Assembly: GCA_005779395.1 (NCBI GenBank) | Contig: SXJP01000039.1 | Span: 22,603-86,602, forward strand | Direction of reading: 5' to 3' | Source of the DNA: Actinomycetota bacterium | Lineage (GTDB): Bacteria; Actinomycetota; Acidimicrobiia; IMCC26256; PALSA-610 | DNA: 64,000 nt | Part shown: piece after piece, positions 46,469 through 57,420 of the stretch | Layout: each line of letters starts with the position of its first letter | How positions within the stretch are numbered: the first letter of the stretch is position 1 | The notes under the pieces: generated by a model | Seen by the model: the letters and a program-made list of their open reading frames with translations, nothing else | Databases searched by the model: none | Told to the model about the DNA's origin: nothing | Made by a program: the position numbers and the translations under genes

Positions 46469-46846
46469 TCAGACCTTGCCTGGAGCGATGCCGCTTCCAA
46501 ATTCTCTGAAGAAACAACTGCGCTCTCCTGTATGGCAAGCGCCTGAGCCTTCTTGATCGACGAGGAACAACAACGTGTCCATGTCGCAGTCATAAGAAGC
46601 GCGCCTCACGAATTGACGATCTCCGCTAGTTTCGCCTTTGCACCAAAACTCGTTCCGGCTACGACTCCAAAACCAGGTTCTGCCCGTCTCCAGCGTCCGG
46701 ACGAGCGATTCTGAGTTCATCCAAGCGACCATGAGGACTTCGAGGCTGGTCGCGTCCTGCACGATCGCTGGAACTAGACCATCGGAGTTGAAAGCAACAG
46801 CCGCGATTTCACTTGCGGAATACGAAATCGGTGTCGCAACGAGCAT
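46469..46846 (-). CDS. hisI: phosphoribosyl-AMP cyclohydrolase
   Basis: 125 aa with [16 protein letters not shown] and CDMDTLL..V.Q.G.ACHTG blocks. Confidence 0.92.
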   Translation of the reverse strand: MLVATPISYSASEIAAVAFNSDGLVPAIVQDATSLEVLMVAWMNSESLVRTLETGRTWFWSRSRNEFWCKGETSGDRQFVRRASYDCDMDTLLFLVDQEGSGACHTGERSCFFREFGSGIAPGKV

Positions 46847-46876
46847 CGCCGCAAAACTAATGCGCGAAACTGATTT

Positions 46877-48940
46877 ATGACTGCAGGTTTAATTCCACCA
46901 TCAGCGCCTCGCCATCCGAAATCGCTAGTCGCCCATGGACATACACGCGATGACGATTGGTTTTGGCTGCGGGAACGCACGAATCCCGCAACGATCGCAT
47001 ACATCGAGGCTGAGAACACGTTTACCGACGCAACACTCGCCAGTCTCGACTGCTTGCGTGCGACTCTATTCGAAGAAATTCGAAGCCATATCCAAGAAGA
47101 TGATGAATCGGCGCCAGCGCCTTACGGACCCTGGGAATACTTCACACGTACCATCGAAGGCAGCCAATACGAACTTCACCTGCGCAGACCACTAACTGGT
47201 GGCCCAGCGACTGTCGTGCTCGACGAGAACGCCCAAGCGACAGGACATGATTTCTTCGCCGTTGGCGACATAGAGATTTCGCAAGACCATCAGATCGTGG
47301 CATGGACACGCGATACAAACGGCGGAGAGCGCTACTCGCTCCACTTCTGCGACATCGCGACAGGGCTAGCCCTCCCCGACGTCATCGAAAACTGTTACTA
47401 CGGGATTGCGTGGGCCCAGGATTGTCGTACGGTCTTCTACTGCCGCCCGGACGATGCAATGCGTCCGTACCAAGTGTGGAGACATGAACTCGGTACCAGA
47501 GCAGACGCCGACGTGCTCGTCTACGAGGACCTAGACGAGCGGTTCGACATGTCTCTTGAAACAAGTTTGAGTCGAGCGTGGATCCTGATCACCTCTGTAT
47601 CAAGAATTACTACTGAGGTGTGGGTCATCGACGCATCCGACCCGACCGAACTTCCTAGGTGTATAGAACCTCGACGCGATGGCATCGAGTACTACATAAT
47701 CCACCATGACCACGACGTCACCGGCGACCGGTTCCTGATTCTCAATAACGCGAACGGTGCAACAAACTTCGCTCTGCACTCAGCACCGGTCAGCAACCCG
47801 GGTATCGAATCTTGGTCGGAGGTCGTTGGCCATTCTGACGACGCGCGAATCGTGAGCGTCGACGCGTTCAAGGATCACATTCTCTTGTACGAACGTGTGA
47901 ACGGACTGCAAAGGCTCCGAGTACTCACAATTCTTGACAACGAAATTCATGAGATCCAGATGACCGACGAGATTTTCTCGGTATGGCCCGGAGCGAACCT
48001 CAACTACAACACAACAGTCATTCGGTACGGCTACTCGTCGATGATTGTGCCGAAGACAGTCTTTGATTACGACATCGCGACCCGCACGGCATCGCTCGTC
48101 AAGCAGCAACCAGTCCCGGCCTACACCGCGTCGAACTACGTCACAAAGCGCGAGTGGGCGATCGCGCACGATGGCGTAAGAGTCCCAATTTCAATCGTCT
48201 TTCGCTCCGACACGCACATCGACGGCAGAGCGCCGCTGTACCACTATGCGTACGGTTCCTATGAGGCGACAGTCGAGCCGACATTCCGAGTGCTCGCGCT
48301 GCCACTACTAGATCGTGGCTTCGTCGTGGCGATATCGCATCCCCGCGGGGGCGGCGAAATGGGCCGCGACTGGTGGGAACACGGGCGCGGCCTAGAGAAA
48401 ATCAATACGTTTCTTGATTTCAATGCCTGCACCCGACACTTACATGCGAACGGCTACGGGAATCCCCAAACCACCGTAGCTAGAGGCGCCTCAGCTGGGG
48501 GTCTACTCATGGGCGCAGTTATGCATCTCGCTCCCGACCTTTACGCAGGCATCGTCGCAGAGGTCCCTTTCGTTGATGTCATTTCGACTCTGCAAGACCC
48601 TTCGATCCCGTTGACTGTCAACGAGTGGGACGAATGGGGCGATCCAGCCGACGCGAAGATTTACAACGCAATGCTCGACTACTCCCCCTATGACAACATC
48701 GATGCAGAAGCCAAATACCCACGCTGCCTAGTCACCGCTGGGTTGAACGACCCTCGTGTTCAATATTGGGAACCAACAAAATTCGTCGCCAAGATGCGCT
48801 ATGTATCGCCAGCCACCGACATCTTGTTGCGCACAGAAATGGGTGCTGGTCATGGAGGGCCGAGTGGGCGTTACGACGCGTGGAAGGATGAAGCGTTCGT
48901 GCAAAGCTGGATAATTGAAACGGCCGGTGTAGTTGTTTGA
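46877..48940 (+). CDS. ptrB: oligopeptidase B (S9 prolyl oligopeptidase family, protease II)
   Basis: 687 aa with N-terminal [14 protein letters not shown], a propeller region, and a C-terminal catalytic domain ([10 protein letters not shown] nucleophile block). Confidence 0.9.
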   Translation: MTAGLIPPSAPRHPKSLVAHGHTRDDDWFWLRERTNPATIAYIEAENTFTDATLASLDCLRATLFEEIRSHIQEDDESAPAPYGPWEYFTRTIEGSQYELHLRRPLTGGPATVVLDENAQATGHDFFAVGDIEISQDHQIVAWTRDTNGGERYSLHFCDIATGLALPDVIENCYYGIAWAQDCRTVFYCRPDDAMRPYQVWRHELGTRADADVLVYEDLDERFDMSLETSLSRAWILITSVSRITTEVWVIDASDPTELPRCIEPRRDGIEYYIIHHDHDVTGDRFLILNNANGATNFALHSAPVSNPGIESWSEVVGHSDDARIVSVDAFKDHILLYERVNGLQRLRVLTILDNEIHEIQMTDEIFSVWPGANLNYNTTVIRYGYSSMIVPKTVFDYDIATRTASLVKQQPVPAYTASNYVTKREWAIAHDGVRVPISIVFRSDTHIDGRAPLYHYAYGSYEATVEPTFRVLALPLLDRGFVVAISHPRGGGEMGRDWWEHGRGLEKINTFLDFNACTRHLHANGYGNPQTTVARGASAGGLLMGAVMHLAPDLYAGIVAEVPFVDVISTLQDPSIPLTVNEWDEWGDPADAKIYNAMLDYSPYDNIDAEAKYPRCLVTAGLNDPRVQYWEPTKFVAKMRYVSPATDILLRTEMGAGHGGPSGRYDAWKDEAFVQSWIIETAGVVV

Positions 48941-49168
48941 CTAGACCGAGACGAGTTCGGCCATCATTAGGCCTCGGCGTTCGAGATAGCTAGTGCGCTT
49001 CGAAACCGCGTCCTGCCAAGCCGCAAAGTCAAGCTCGAAATGTGCGCGGTCGCCATCTTCGTAAGCGTGCTCTAGCTCATCGAATGCAGCGTCTTCGGCG
49101 TCGAGAAGTTCTCGGTATTTCATCAAGAAGTTTTCGTCGACGCCGTGCAACCCGTTCGCTTCAACCAT
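48941..49168 (-). CDS. hypothetical small acidic protein
   Basis: A 75-aa ORF from ATG 49168 (AAGGGA upstream). The remainder of the 226-aa track ORF overlaps hisF antisense and is R/C/W-rich junk. Confidence 0.4.
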   Translation of the reverse strand: MVEANGLHGVDENFLMKYRELLDAEDAAFDELEHAYEDGDRAHFELDFAAWQDAVSKRTSYLERRGLMMAELVSV

Positions 49169-49326
49169 CTCGGTTCCCTTCCAGAGCCGTGCTCCGTGGG
49201 TCGTGACTCCGGCTACACACCGGTGCCGTCTGAGCACCATAAGCCCGTCGGCGATGCATCGCTCGCGAATCCGACATTTTGCCCGGGACCAGGACCTACA
49301 GCCCCGCGTGTCAGGGACCGTTTTGG

Positions 49327-50091
49327 TCAAACTGGACGTACTTCGACCCCGGCAAGCGCCAAATGGGCTTTGGCTTCTGCAATCGTGTGCGCTCCAAAGT
49401 GAAAGATGCTCGCAGCGAGCAGAGCCTGTGCTCCGCCTTCGACCGCACCAGCGACCAAATGGTCGAGTGTTCCGACGCCACCGCTCGCAATAACTGGGAC
49501 GTTTGTAATCGCGCCAACTTCTTGAAGCAGTTCGATGTCGTACCCAACCTTCGTACCGTCGCGATCCATGCTGGTGACTAGAAGTTCTCCTGCCCCTAGG
49601 CGACACACCTCGACAGCCCATTCGAGGGCATCAAGCCCGGCCGGAGTACGGCCACCATGCGTCACGACTTCCCACCCTGCACTCGGGTCCGAGCTATTAC
49701 GTCGGCGAGCGTCGATAGCTACCACCACACACTGCTCTCCAAATTCGTCGGCGGATCGTGCGAGCAAGTCTGGATCGTTGACCGCTGCCGTATTGAAACT
49801 CACCTTGTCGGCGCCCGCTCGCAACAGTCGGCGAGCGTCGTCGACCGTGCGGATACCACCGCCGACAGTGAACGGAATAAACAAGTTCTCCGCCACCTTT
49901 TCGACAACTGCGAGCATTGTGTCGCGTCCATCCGATGAAGCAGTGATGTCCAAGAAAACGAGTTCGTCTGCGCCAGCGTCGCCGTAGCGCAGTGCGAGTT
50001 CGACAGGATCTCCCGCGTCTCGAATCTCGACGAACTTTATGCCTTTCACTACGCGACCCGCATCGACGTCTAGGCACGGGATAAGCCTCAC
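49327..50091 (-). CDS. hisF: imidazole glycerol phosphate synthase cyclase subunit
   Basis: [16 protein letters not shown] and the SGGVG. blocks. GTG 50091 overlaps the hisA stop (GTGA). TTG 50100 is the alternative start. Confidence 0.95.
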   Translation of the reverse strand: MRLIPCLDVDAGRVVKGIKFVEIRDAGDPVELALRYGDAGADELVFLDITASSDGRDTMLAVVEKVAENLFIPFTVGGGIRTVDDARRLLRAGADKVSFNTAAVNDPDLLARSADEFGEQCVVVAIDARRRNSSDPSAGWEVVTHGGRTPAGLDALEWAVEVCRLGAGELLVTSMDRDGTKVGYDIELLQEVGAITNVPVIASGGVGTLDHLVAGAVEGGAQALLAASIFHFGAHTIAEAKAHLALAGVEVRPV

Positions 50092-50825
50092 GGCAGACAA
50101 GCTGCGACCCCTTCAGCAACCGAGAAGCGCGCTTCGTAGAGAGCCTTGCCTGCGATCGCGCCGGCAAGGCTGTTCCCGTCAGGGCCACGCAGCGCGCTGA
50201 GTTCACGCAAATCTGCGAGCGTTCCGACCCCACCACTCGCGATGATTGGCAACGAAGTTGCCGCCAACAATTCGGTGTAAAGCTCGATGTCTGGCCCCGT
50301 GAGCATTCCATCGACAGCAATCTGCGTGACAATCAATGCGCTCGCTCCTGAAGCACTGAAATGCGCGACCATCTCGAGGAGGTCAATTCCGGAACTTCTC
50401 GTCCAACCGTGCACAGCAATATCTCGACCTCGCACGTCGAGTCCTATGGCCACCATTCCTGGGTGAGCTAGAGCGAGATCGCAAACTAAAGAGGGGTCAG
50501 AGACCGCAGCACTACCGATGATCACGCGCGAAGCTCCCCGTTTGAGGCGCGCTCTCGCGGCTTCGAGGCTACGCACCCCTCCACCCGTCTGAATCCGACA
50601 TTGTGGAACTGCCGCAGCGATCGCCTCGACTACACCGAGATTGGCGGCACCACCAGATTTCGCCGAATCAAGATCGACAACGTGCATCCAGCGGGCTCCT
50701 TGTGCTGCGAACTCACGCGCGACAGTTACCGGATCGTCGCCATAGATGGTTTCGAGGTCGTAGTCGCCCTGTTGGAGACGAACACATCGGCCTGCCCTCA
50801 GGTCTATCGCTGGATACAACTCCAC
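50088..50825 (-). CDS. hisA: ProFAR isomerase (HisA; PriA-type homologue in Actinobacteria)
   Basis: 245 aa with ELYPAIDL and [10 protein letters not shown] blocks, in the hisH-hisA-hisF order. Confidence 0.93.
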   Translation of the reverse strand: MELYPAIDLRAGRCVRLQQGDYDLETIYGDDPVTVAREFAAQGARWMHVVDLDSAKSGGAANLGVVEAIAAAVPQCRIQTGGGVRSLEAARARLKRGASRVIIGSAAVSDPSLVCDLALAHPGMVAIGLDVRGRDIAVHGWTRSSGIDLLEMVAHFSASGASALIVTQIAVDGMLTGPDIELYTELLAATSLPIIASGGVGTLADLRELSALRGPDGNSLAGAIAGKALYEARFSVAEGVAACLP

Positions 50826-51436
50826 TAACTGGCTGCTTTCACGAAGTTTTCGAGCAGGCTAAGTCCAACACTTCCGCTCTTTTCCGGATGGAATTGCGTA
50901 GCCCAGACATTGCCAGACTCGACTGCACACACAAAACGATGGCCATAAGAAGTCCAATGTGTCGTCACGGATTCTTCGGTCACAACAGCCGCGTATGAGT
51001 GAACAAAATACAGCCAAGGGTTCTTACCTAGCCCAGAGAACATTCGAGAGTCTGGGCTGACAGCGACCGTGTTCCACGCGATATGAGGGAGGCGCTCTGA
51101 ATCTGAGAGCCGTTTGACGTTGCCCTTCAACACTCCGAGACCGGGAACCCTTGGAGCCTCGTCGCTGCCATCGAAAAGCATTTGCATGCCAACACAAATC
51201 CCAAGAAATGGCTTTCGCGACGTCGCGCAATCTCGCACTACTTCGGCGAGACCGCCCGCCTGCAACGCGGACATGCATGCGCCAAAATTCCCGACCCCTG
51301 GCACGACAACCGCCTCCGCCGCGGCGATGCGCGCCGAGTCGGATGTAAGAAATGCATCAGCGCCGACGAACTGCAATGCCTTTTCGGCACTTCTTAGGTT
51401 GCCAATGCCATAGTCGACAATCGCGATTGTTGTCAC
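50825..51436 (-). CDS. hisH: imidazole glycerol phosphate synthase glutaminase subunit
   Basis: 203 aa with IVDYGIGNLRS, the GICVGMQ nucleophile elbow, and QFHPEKS. Confidence 0.95.
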   Translation of the reverse strand: MTTIAIVDYGIGNLRSAEKALQFVGADAFLTSDSARIAAAEAVVVPGVGNFGACMSALQAGGLAEVVRDCATSRKPFLGICVGMQMLFDGSDEAPRVPGLGVLKGNVKRLSDSERLPHIAWNTVAVSPDSRMFSGLGKNPWLYFVHSYAAVVTEESVTTHWTSYGHRFVCAVESGNVWATQFHPEKSGSVGLSLLENFVKAAS

Positions 51437-51439
51437 GAT

Positions 51440-52039
51440 CTAGAGCACGCCCTTGGTTGACGGAATTGCGACTCCTTCAACTCGCACAGCGTCGCGAAGC
51501 GCGCGGGCGAACCCTTTACAACTCGCTTCGATGATGTGGTGGCCATTCTTGCCAGCGACACTCCTGATGTGAAGTGTGAGGCGCGCTCCGTCGGCTAAGC
51601 CCTTCCAAAACTCTTCCATAAGTTGTGGATCGAATGTTCCAATCCACTCTGAAACCGCATCAACCTCGTAGGCAAGAAATGGTCTGCCTGACAGATCGAG
51701 TGCAACCTGAACGAGTGCCTCATCTAGGGGAACAAGTGAATTCGCGAATCTCCGAACGCCGGCCTTGTCTCCGAGCGCCTCGCGGATTGCAGTACCCAAT
51801 GCGATGCCGACATCTTCGACAGTGTGATGCAAATCGACAGCTAAATCACCCGTCGCCTCGACCGACAACGCAAGGCCGCCGTGCTTACCGATCTGGTCGA
51901 GCATGTGATCGAAGAACGGTATGCCGGTGGCTGCAAAAACTTGCGTGCCGTCGCTGTCTAGGTTCAGTGACAGCTCAATTTTTGTTTCCTTGGTTTCGCG
52001 GAAGAGTGTGTGCGTACGTCCGGATATTGACTCGTTCAT
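51440..52039 (-). CDS. hisB: imidazoleglycerol-phosphate dehydratase
   Basis: 199 aa with TGIPFFDHML, DLHHTVEDVG and GKNGHHIIEA blocks. Confidence 0.95.
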   Translation of the reverse strand: MNESISGRTHTLFRETKETKIELSLNLDSDGTQVFAATGIPFFDHMLDQIGKHGGLALSVEATGDLAVDLHHTVEDVGIALGTAIREALGDKAGVRRFANSLVPLDEALVQVALDLSGRPFLAYEVDAVSEWIGTFDPQLMEEFWKGLADGARLTLHIRSVAGKNGHHIIEASCKGFARALRDAVRVEGVAIPSTKGVL

Positions 52040-53124
52040 GCGATTCCAATCTCTTCTAGTGCTGTCCGCAAAGCGCTGAGCATCGCGTCATTTTCTGCTC
52101 GAGTGCCAACCGTCACCCGCAGGCATTCTTCAACCCTGTCCCAACGCGAAAAATCTCTGATGAGTACGCCCTGGCGCACCATCGCTTGCCATACGGCACC
52201 TGCGTTTCCTGCAACCCTAAACAAAATAAAGTTCGCGCCTGACGGAAATACTGTGATCGCTCCGAGCTTTCGTAAATCTTTAGTCAGTCGCTCGCGTTCT
52301 TCGATTAGGGCGTGCACTCTTGCTTCCATCTCTGCCGCATACGACAGAGCCAAAACGCCCGCTAGCTGTTTCTCGATTGAGAGGTGGTAGGGCAACACGA
52401 CCTTGTCGAGCTCTGAAATTATCCATTCCGGAGCGATGCAGTATCCGAGCCGGAGACCAGCCAAAGACCAAACCTTTGAATACGTGCGCACAACAACAAG
52501 TGGAGTCGCTTCTGCAAGCAACGAGATTGCAGAAGAGTCGTTGAAGTCGCCGTACGCCTCGTCGACAACGAGCAAGCCTCCGACCTCGGCGACAGCGGCG
52601 AGCAACGCATAGATGGTGCTCAGTGGCTCAATTGTTCCCGTTGGATTGTTAGGACTGCAAACAAAAGTGACGGCAGGTCTCGAATCCGATATCTGTTGTA
52701 CGGCCGACTCGATGTCGATCAGGAAATCTTCGGTTCGGGCACCGTCAGTGACCGTTGTACCCGCGATCCGAGCTATGTGGCTGTGCAGCGCGTACGTCGG
52801 CTCGAAGACGAGACACGACCTACCTGTGCCGCCGTAGGTGAGCAGAATTGTCTGCAAGACTTCGTTGCTGCCATTGGCTGCAAAAACGCGCTCGCGGTCC
52901 TGGGAAAACACTTTGCCGATTGCTGTGCGTAACTCTGTTGCCGCACGATCTGGATAGCGGTTGTACGACTCTTCGGCAATCGAGCGCGTCCACTCCTCGA
53001 CGAAATCCTTCGGCGGGGCGAACGGGCTTTCGTTGGTATTCAGACGCACAACAACATCGAGTTGGGGCGAGTGGTAGCCCTCGAGAGCGCGCAAATCGTC
53101 GCGAGGCGAAATTCTCTCTGTCAT
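52036..53124 (-). CDS. hisC: histidinol-phosphate aminotransferase
   Basis: 362 aa, a class II aminotransferase with a TYSKVWSLAGLRLGY PLP-lysine block. Confidence 0.93.
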   Translation of the reverse strand: MTERISPRDDLRALEGYHSPQLDVVVRLNTNESPFAPPKDFVEEWTRSIAEESYNRYPDRAATELRTAIGKVFSQDRERVFAANGSNEVLQTILLTYGGTGRSCLVFEPTYALHSHIARIAGTTVTDGARTEDFLIDIESAVQQISDSRPAVTFVCSPNNPTGTIEPLSTIYALLAAVAEVGGLLVVDEAYGDFNDSSAISLLAEATPLVVVRTYSKVWSLAGLRLGYCIAPEWIISELDKVVLPYHLSIEKQLAGVLALSYAAEMEARVHALIEERERLTKDLRKLGAITVFPSGANFILFRVAGNAGAVWQAMVRQGVLIRDFSRWDRVEECLRVTVGTRAENDAMLSALRTALEEIGIA

Positions 53125-54413
53125 GACGATGCCAGCCGGACACGGATGGATTGCGCGTGGGCGTCAAGGCCTTCGGCCTCGGCGATTGCGATAGCTGCCG
53201 GGCCGACAGAAGCGAGCCCGTCGTTGTCAACTCTGACAAGGTGTACATGCTTCTGGAACGTCGAGACTCTCAGCGCGCTCTGGTATCGGGCCGCGCCACC
53301 AGTTGGCAATACGTGGTTGGTGCCAGCCACGTAGTCACCGACAACTGCTGATGCCAACTCACCCACAAAAACCGCTCCGGCATTGCGCACTAGTGGTATG
53401 AGATCGTCTGCACCGGCACACATCAGTTGCAAATGCTCAGGAGCGATCTTGTTTGAGACTTCGACAGCCTGTTCAGTCGACCTCACTAGTACTACTAGGC
53501 CACCGCTTCTCAAGGTTGCCTCTGCATCGGCGCGACGAGGAGCGACGGCAAGCAGTTGATCTAGCGCCATTTCGACTTCGTCGGCAACGGACTCATCGCT
53601 AGTGACCAGAACGGCTTTGCCGCCGGGCCCATGCTCTGCCTGAGCGAGCATGTCGGCCGCAACTAAACGTGGATCGTTAAAACTGTCTGCGATCACGACC
53701 AATTCAGATGGCCCTGCGAGCGCGTCGATACCGACTTCACCGATCACTTGCCGCTTCGCTTCGGTGACGTATGCATTACCTGGTCCAACAATCACATCGA
53801 CAGGAACGATCGACTCAGTGCCGTATGCGAGGGCGGCTATGGCCTGGACCCCGCCAACCCGGTAGACCTCGTCGGCTCCAGCGATGAGGGCTGCAGCGAG
53901 AGTCACATCGGCAGGACTCCCGCTCAGACCTGGCGGCGTACATAGTGCGATCGACCGCACCCCAGCAACCTTGGCCGGGATCACGGTCATGAGAACAGAG
54001 GATGGGTAGGTCGCTCTGCCGCCAGGCACATAACACCCAGCGCGGTCGACAGGAATAGCGATGTCTTCGACCCGCACTCCCATCCGCTGGTGGACTGACG
54101 GGAATAATGCTTGCGTTTCGTGGTAGGCGCAAATCTGGTCGCGCGCTAGCTCAAGCGCGGCGATGAGCTCTGGATCACATGCTTCGAACGCGCACTCGAG
54201 TTCCTGCGGGGTGACCTGGACCGACCCAATCTTGACCCCGTCGAACTCTTCAGTTAACGAATGGAGGGCGTTGTCGCCACCGTCGCGGACGTGCCTGATA
54301 ATGCGCGCAACGGCGTCAGTCGGGGCATCCGATTCTGCGTCGGCGGAAGCAAGCATCGCTGCTAGATCGGAGTTCGAGTCGCGCAAATCTAAGCGTCTGA
54401 GCATGATGAACAT
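53121..54413 (-). CDS. hisD: histidinol dehydrogenase
   Basis: Blocks GRATYPSSVLM, AGPSE and QAEHGP. The start is ATG 54413 or ATG 54404. The track ORF to 54485 adds non-homologous residues. Confidence 0.95.
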   Translation of the reverse strand: MFIMLRRLDLRDSNSDLAAMLASADAESDAPTDAVARIIRHVRDGGDNALHSLTEEFDGVKIGSVQVTPQELECAFEACDPELIAALELARDQICAYHETQALFPSVHQRMGVRVEDIAIPVDRAGCYVPGGRATYPSSVLMTVIPAKVAGVRSIALCTPPGLSGSPADVTLAAALIAGADEVYRVGGVQAIAALAYGTESIVPVDVIVGPGNAYVTEAKRQVIGEVGIDALAGPSELVVIADSFNDPRLVAADMLAQAEHGPGGKAVLVTSDESVADEVEMALDQLLAVAPRRADAEATLRSGGLVVLVRSTEQAVEVSNKIAPEHLQLMCAGADDLIPLVRNAGAVFVGELASAVVGDYVAGTNHVLPTGGAARYQSALRVSTFQKHVHLVRVDNDGLASVGPAAIAIAEAEGLDAHAQSIRVRLASS

Positions 54414-54460
54414 GATCCTACCGATGCGAGCATCGGCCTTTCGGGTGGAAAACTGCTGGG

Positions 54461-54664
54461 ATGACGACTTCGGACCTTGCTGCACTGGCCTCGATTGGCA
54501 CTCAACTTGAGGAAATCGTGAGACGCGTGACCCTCATGGCCGAACAATTCGGGGCAACGCCAGACAGCGCAGTAGCCGTTGACCTCTTCGCGTTGGAGCG
54601 CAGCTTGCTGGGCGCCAAACGCGCGGTGCAGCGTGCTACGCAGACTCTCGAGCGAATGGCCTAA
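54461..54664 (+). CDS. hypothetical small helical protein
   Basis: 67-aa ATG ORF filling the gap between hisD and the GNAT gene, with coding-like codon usage. No family recognised. Confidence 0.45.
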   Translation: MTTSDLAALASIGTQLEEIVRRVTLMAEQFGATPDSAVAVDLFALERSLLGAKRAVQRATQTLERMA

Positions 54665-55848
54665 AAGTCGTCGTTCATGGCGGGACGAGGTCCTAGGAAC
54701 GCCGCATCGAGTGCGGAGACTTGTTCCGCTGTCGCATTCGCAAGTAGTCCAGCAGTTGACAGCGTCTGGGCCGAGACACACCCGGAGTACAACGCCGCTA
54801 AGCCGTTAATCGAAATCGATGGCCCTCCACCCTCGGCATGATTCAGTACGCCGTGCCCGTTTGAGACTTCTAGAGCCCAGTCGCCAGCATTCCATGGGCA
54901 GCGGGGATCGACCAAGGAAAGCGGCACACGTAATTCGAGCCCGAACGGATACCCGCGCGCTGCTACTGCTCCTGGAGCGTCGACGATGCGGAGCATCCAA
55001 CGATGATCCCAAACGACTCGGATGCGCTGGTCTCGCAGGTGCAATCCCAGAGCCTCTAGAGGAAGGCCTTGAACCCGCACCTCTCGTGCCTGCGCCTGAT
55101 GTGCACCCAAGTGGCGCCAAAGCACGCTCTCGGCATCCCAAGAGCCCGCTGCCAAGTCTTCCAAAACAAGCGAGTAGCCGCTCGGCCCGCGATCTTTGAT
55201 TTGCCGATAGATCATGTATCCAGTGAGACGACCCTGGTCTTCGACTACGTACGTGTAGCGATGAGGTTGATCACTCAAGTGCTCGTCCCACATCCACGCG
55301 GGCCGAGCGAGCATTCCCGGCCGCGCGGATGCAGCGCCGATATAGATCTTACGGATCGCGTCGAAGTCGCGTTGAGTCGCTAGACGCTCCTGCCCTGGGC
55401 CACAACCCAACGTCTCGAGATCGACTGTAGGCACGAGCCTCACGGATTGGTCTCCAGCTATTTCCCAACCGCACTTGCGATAAACACCCATCGTGGCTGG
55501 TCCGAGCGGACTGACCAACTCACCTCGATCGCGCATTCGCCTTAGTGCGACTTCTAGTAGCTCTGTGCCGATGCCGCGAGAACGGTACTCAGGGGCAACG
55601 ACGACAGCGCCAATTCCTCCTGCGGAGACTGCACGGCCACCAAAGAACTGACCAAAATTCAGAACCGAGAGTCTGCCGATGAGTCGACCCTTGTCATATG
55701 CGCCAATCATTCGCTCGATGAGGTCACCATTCTTGCTCTGCTCAATCCATGCGCGAGTCGAGCGCGCATCGAATGCGTAACCCTGTTCTCGAAGATTGGC
55801 GTGGTCCAAAAGATCGGCCTCGGTCGCATCGCGAATTTCGATAGGCAT
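54661..55848 (-). CDS. Eis-like GNAT acetyltransferase with C-terminal SCP2-like domain
   Basis: ATG 55848 is preceded by AGGAG. GNAT motif A VAPEYRSRGIGTELL, and a 395-aa three-domain length typical of the Eis family. Confidence 0.8.
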   Translation of the reverse strand: MPIEIRDATEADLLDHANLREQGYAFDARSTRAWIEQSKNGDLIERMIGAYDKGRLIGRLSVLNFGQFFGGRAVSAGGIGAVVVAPEYRSRGIGTELLEVALRRMRDRGELVSPLGPATMGVYRKCGWEIAGDQSVRLVPTVDLETLGCGPGQERLATQRDFDAIRKIYIGAASARPGMLARPAWMWDEHLSDQPHRYTYVVEDQGRLTGYMIYRQIKDRGPSGYSLVLEDLAAGSWDAESVLWRHLGAHQAQAREVRVQGLPLEALGLHLRDQRIRVVWDHRWMLRIVDAPGAVAARGYPFGLELRVPLSLVDPRCPWNAGDWALEVSNGHGVLNHAEGGGPSISINGLAALYSGCVSAQTLSTAGLLANATAEQVSALDAAFLGPRPAMNDDF

Positions 55849-55853
55849 GTCTC

Positions 55854-56531
55854 CTACGCCTTTTTCTGTGGCGCTCGCTGCGGTACGCCGAAGGTGCCGG
55901 CCGACGGACACACTTCAGCTAGGTCGCATTCGGAGCACCGCGGTTTTCGCGCATCGCATACTGCGCGACCATGCTCGATTAGTCGAAGCGAAAAGTCGCC
56001 TCGTTCATCTTCGGGAATCATGGCGTTCAGTTGCAACTCGATCTTTACCGCGTCTGTTTCATTCGTGAGCCTCAACCGCGACGCGAGCCGTGTGACGTGA
56101 GTATCAACCGGCAGCCCTGGCAATCCGAACCAAACGTGGCGAACAACGTTGCCTGTCTTACGTCCGACCCCAGGAACGGTCACGAGATCTGCGAGATCGC
56201 TCGGCACCTCGCCCGCGTACCTATCGTCGATAGCGGTCGCCATTCCGATCAGCGACTTGGCTTTAGACCGGAAGAATCCTGTGCTTTGGATGATCGTTTC
56301 GAGTTCGTCTGGATTAGCGCCGGCAAGGTCGGTAGGCGTCGGGTATCGAGCGAATAGTGATGGCGTCACAATGTTGACGCGCTTGTCTGTGCACTGAGCC
56401 GACAGAATCGTCGCAGCGAGCAACTCGAACGCATTGCGATGGTCGAGAGCGCACTCGACTCTTGGGTAAGTCTTCGTAAGAATCGTCCGCGCGGCGTCTG
56501 CTCGTGTCTGCGCGCCTCGTGGTCGGGCCAT
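55854..56531 (-). CDS. nth: endonuclease III
   Basis: HhH-GPD block VTVPGVGRKTGNVV and a C-terminal 4Fe-4S Cys cluster CDARKPRCSECDLAEVC. ATG 56531 gives a typical 225-aa length. The longest ORF reaches 56654. Confidence 0.9.
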   Translation of the reverse strand: MARPRGAQTRADAARTILTKTYPRVECALDHRNAFELLAATILSAQCTDKRVNIVTPSLFARYPTPTDLAGANPDELETIIQSTGFFRSKAKSLIGMATAIDDRYAGEVPSDLADLVTVPGVGRKTGNVVRHVWFGLPGLPVDTHVTRLASRLRLTNETDAVKIELQLNAMIPEDERGDFSLRLIEHGRAVCDARKPRCSECDLAEVCPSAGTFGVPQRAPQKKA

Positions 56532-56676
56532 GTCGGCACGATACCCTCGGCCTATGGCCTCTTCGACCGCCCCACCTGAGTCTTCGCTCATATCGCTCGG
56601 CGATGCCTTGCGCCGCGATGTCAATTCCCCAAGTTCACGCTCGGCATCCTTCACGTCGCGCGATGCCTACGCTCGC

Positions 56677-57420
56677 GTGGCTCCGGCCGACAACCACCAC
56701 GGCCCGACGCGTCGGTGGAACGTCGGATACTCGCCTTCAATAGGCACGATTGGTCTCGGCACCGCAATAGAGCTCATCATGCAGTGTCTCGCTCATATCG
56801 CAGATCAGGGCGGTGGCTATGTCACGCTCTGGCGCGAAGGTGCGCTCCCCGACGACGACAGGGCAGCTAGCCGCGTCGGCCTTGAGGTCGCCCGCGAGGT
56901 CAATCAGATGACAGCAGCTTTGCCGATACACGAGTCGGAACCAACCCAAGTTCTAGATGACATCATGTTTCGCAACTTTCGTCCGGGCCTTGACGACACC
57001 GCATTTCTCGAACTCAACAACGCTGCATTTCTCGGTCACGAGGAACAGGGCGCATGGACCAAAAGCGTCCTACAAGACCGGTACGCCGAAAGTTGGTTTG
57101 ACGCGACGTGGTTCATGGTCGCAGAACGCGATGGTGAACTAATTGGGTTCAACTGGTTGAAGCGCCACCCCGCGAGCGACGACTCCGGCGAGTACGGCGA
57201 GATTTATGTGATTGCCGTCAGCAATACGGCACAAGGCAATGGCGTAGGTAAGGCGTTGGCTCTGGCTGGCCTCGAACGAGTCGCTGAAGATGGCCTAAAA
57301 ACGGCGAAGCTCTTCGTTGCTTCTACGAATAGTGCAGCGATCGCGATGTATCACAGCCTCGGCTTTACAACGACACGAATAGATCGCGCGTACACCGCCT
57401 TGATCGCACCGGTCGACTAA
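56677..57420 (+). CDS. mycothiol synthase-like GNAT acetyltransferase (MshD-like, reduced N-terminal domain)
   Basis: The C-terminal GNAT domain matches the MshD pattern (FRPGLDDTAFLELNNAAFLGHEEQGAWT...GEIYVIAVSNTAQGNGVGKAL...MYHSLGF). The start is uncertain: GTG 56677, ATG 56779 or ATG 56530. Confidence 0.7.
   Translation: MAPADNHHGPTRRWNVGYSPSIGTIGLGTAIELIMQCLAHIADQGGGYVTLWREGALPDDDRAASRVGLEVAREVNQMTAALPIHESEPTQVLDDIMFRNFRPGLDDTAFLELNNAAFLGHEEQGAWTKSVLQDRYAESWFDATWFMVAERDGELIGFNWLKRHPASDDSGEYGEIYVIAVSNTAQGNGVGKALALAGLERVAEDGLKTAKLFVASTNSAAIAMYHSLGFTTTRIDRAYTALIAPVD

Noticed and set aside
49169-49621. The upstream part of a 226-aa minus-strand ORF overlapping hisF.
   Set aside because: It is R/W/C-rich junk in an alternative frame of hisF. 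Only the last 75 codons (48941-49168), which have their own ATG and RBS, were kept, at low confidence.
56530-56654. Apparent head-to-head overlap of the nth and mshD-like ORFs, including a shared CATG at 56529-56532 that could serve as both start codons.
   Set aside because: Placing nth at ATG 56531 (typical length) and the mshD-like gene at GTG 56677 leaves a normal ~145-bp divergent intergenic region. The overlapping parts are S/P/R-rich with no convincing homology.
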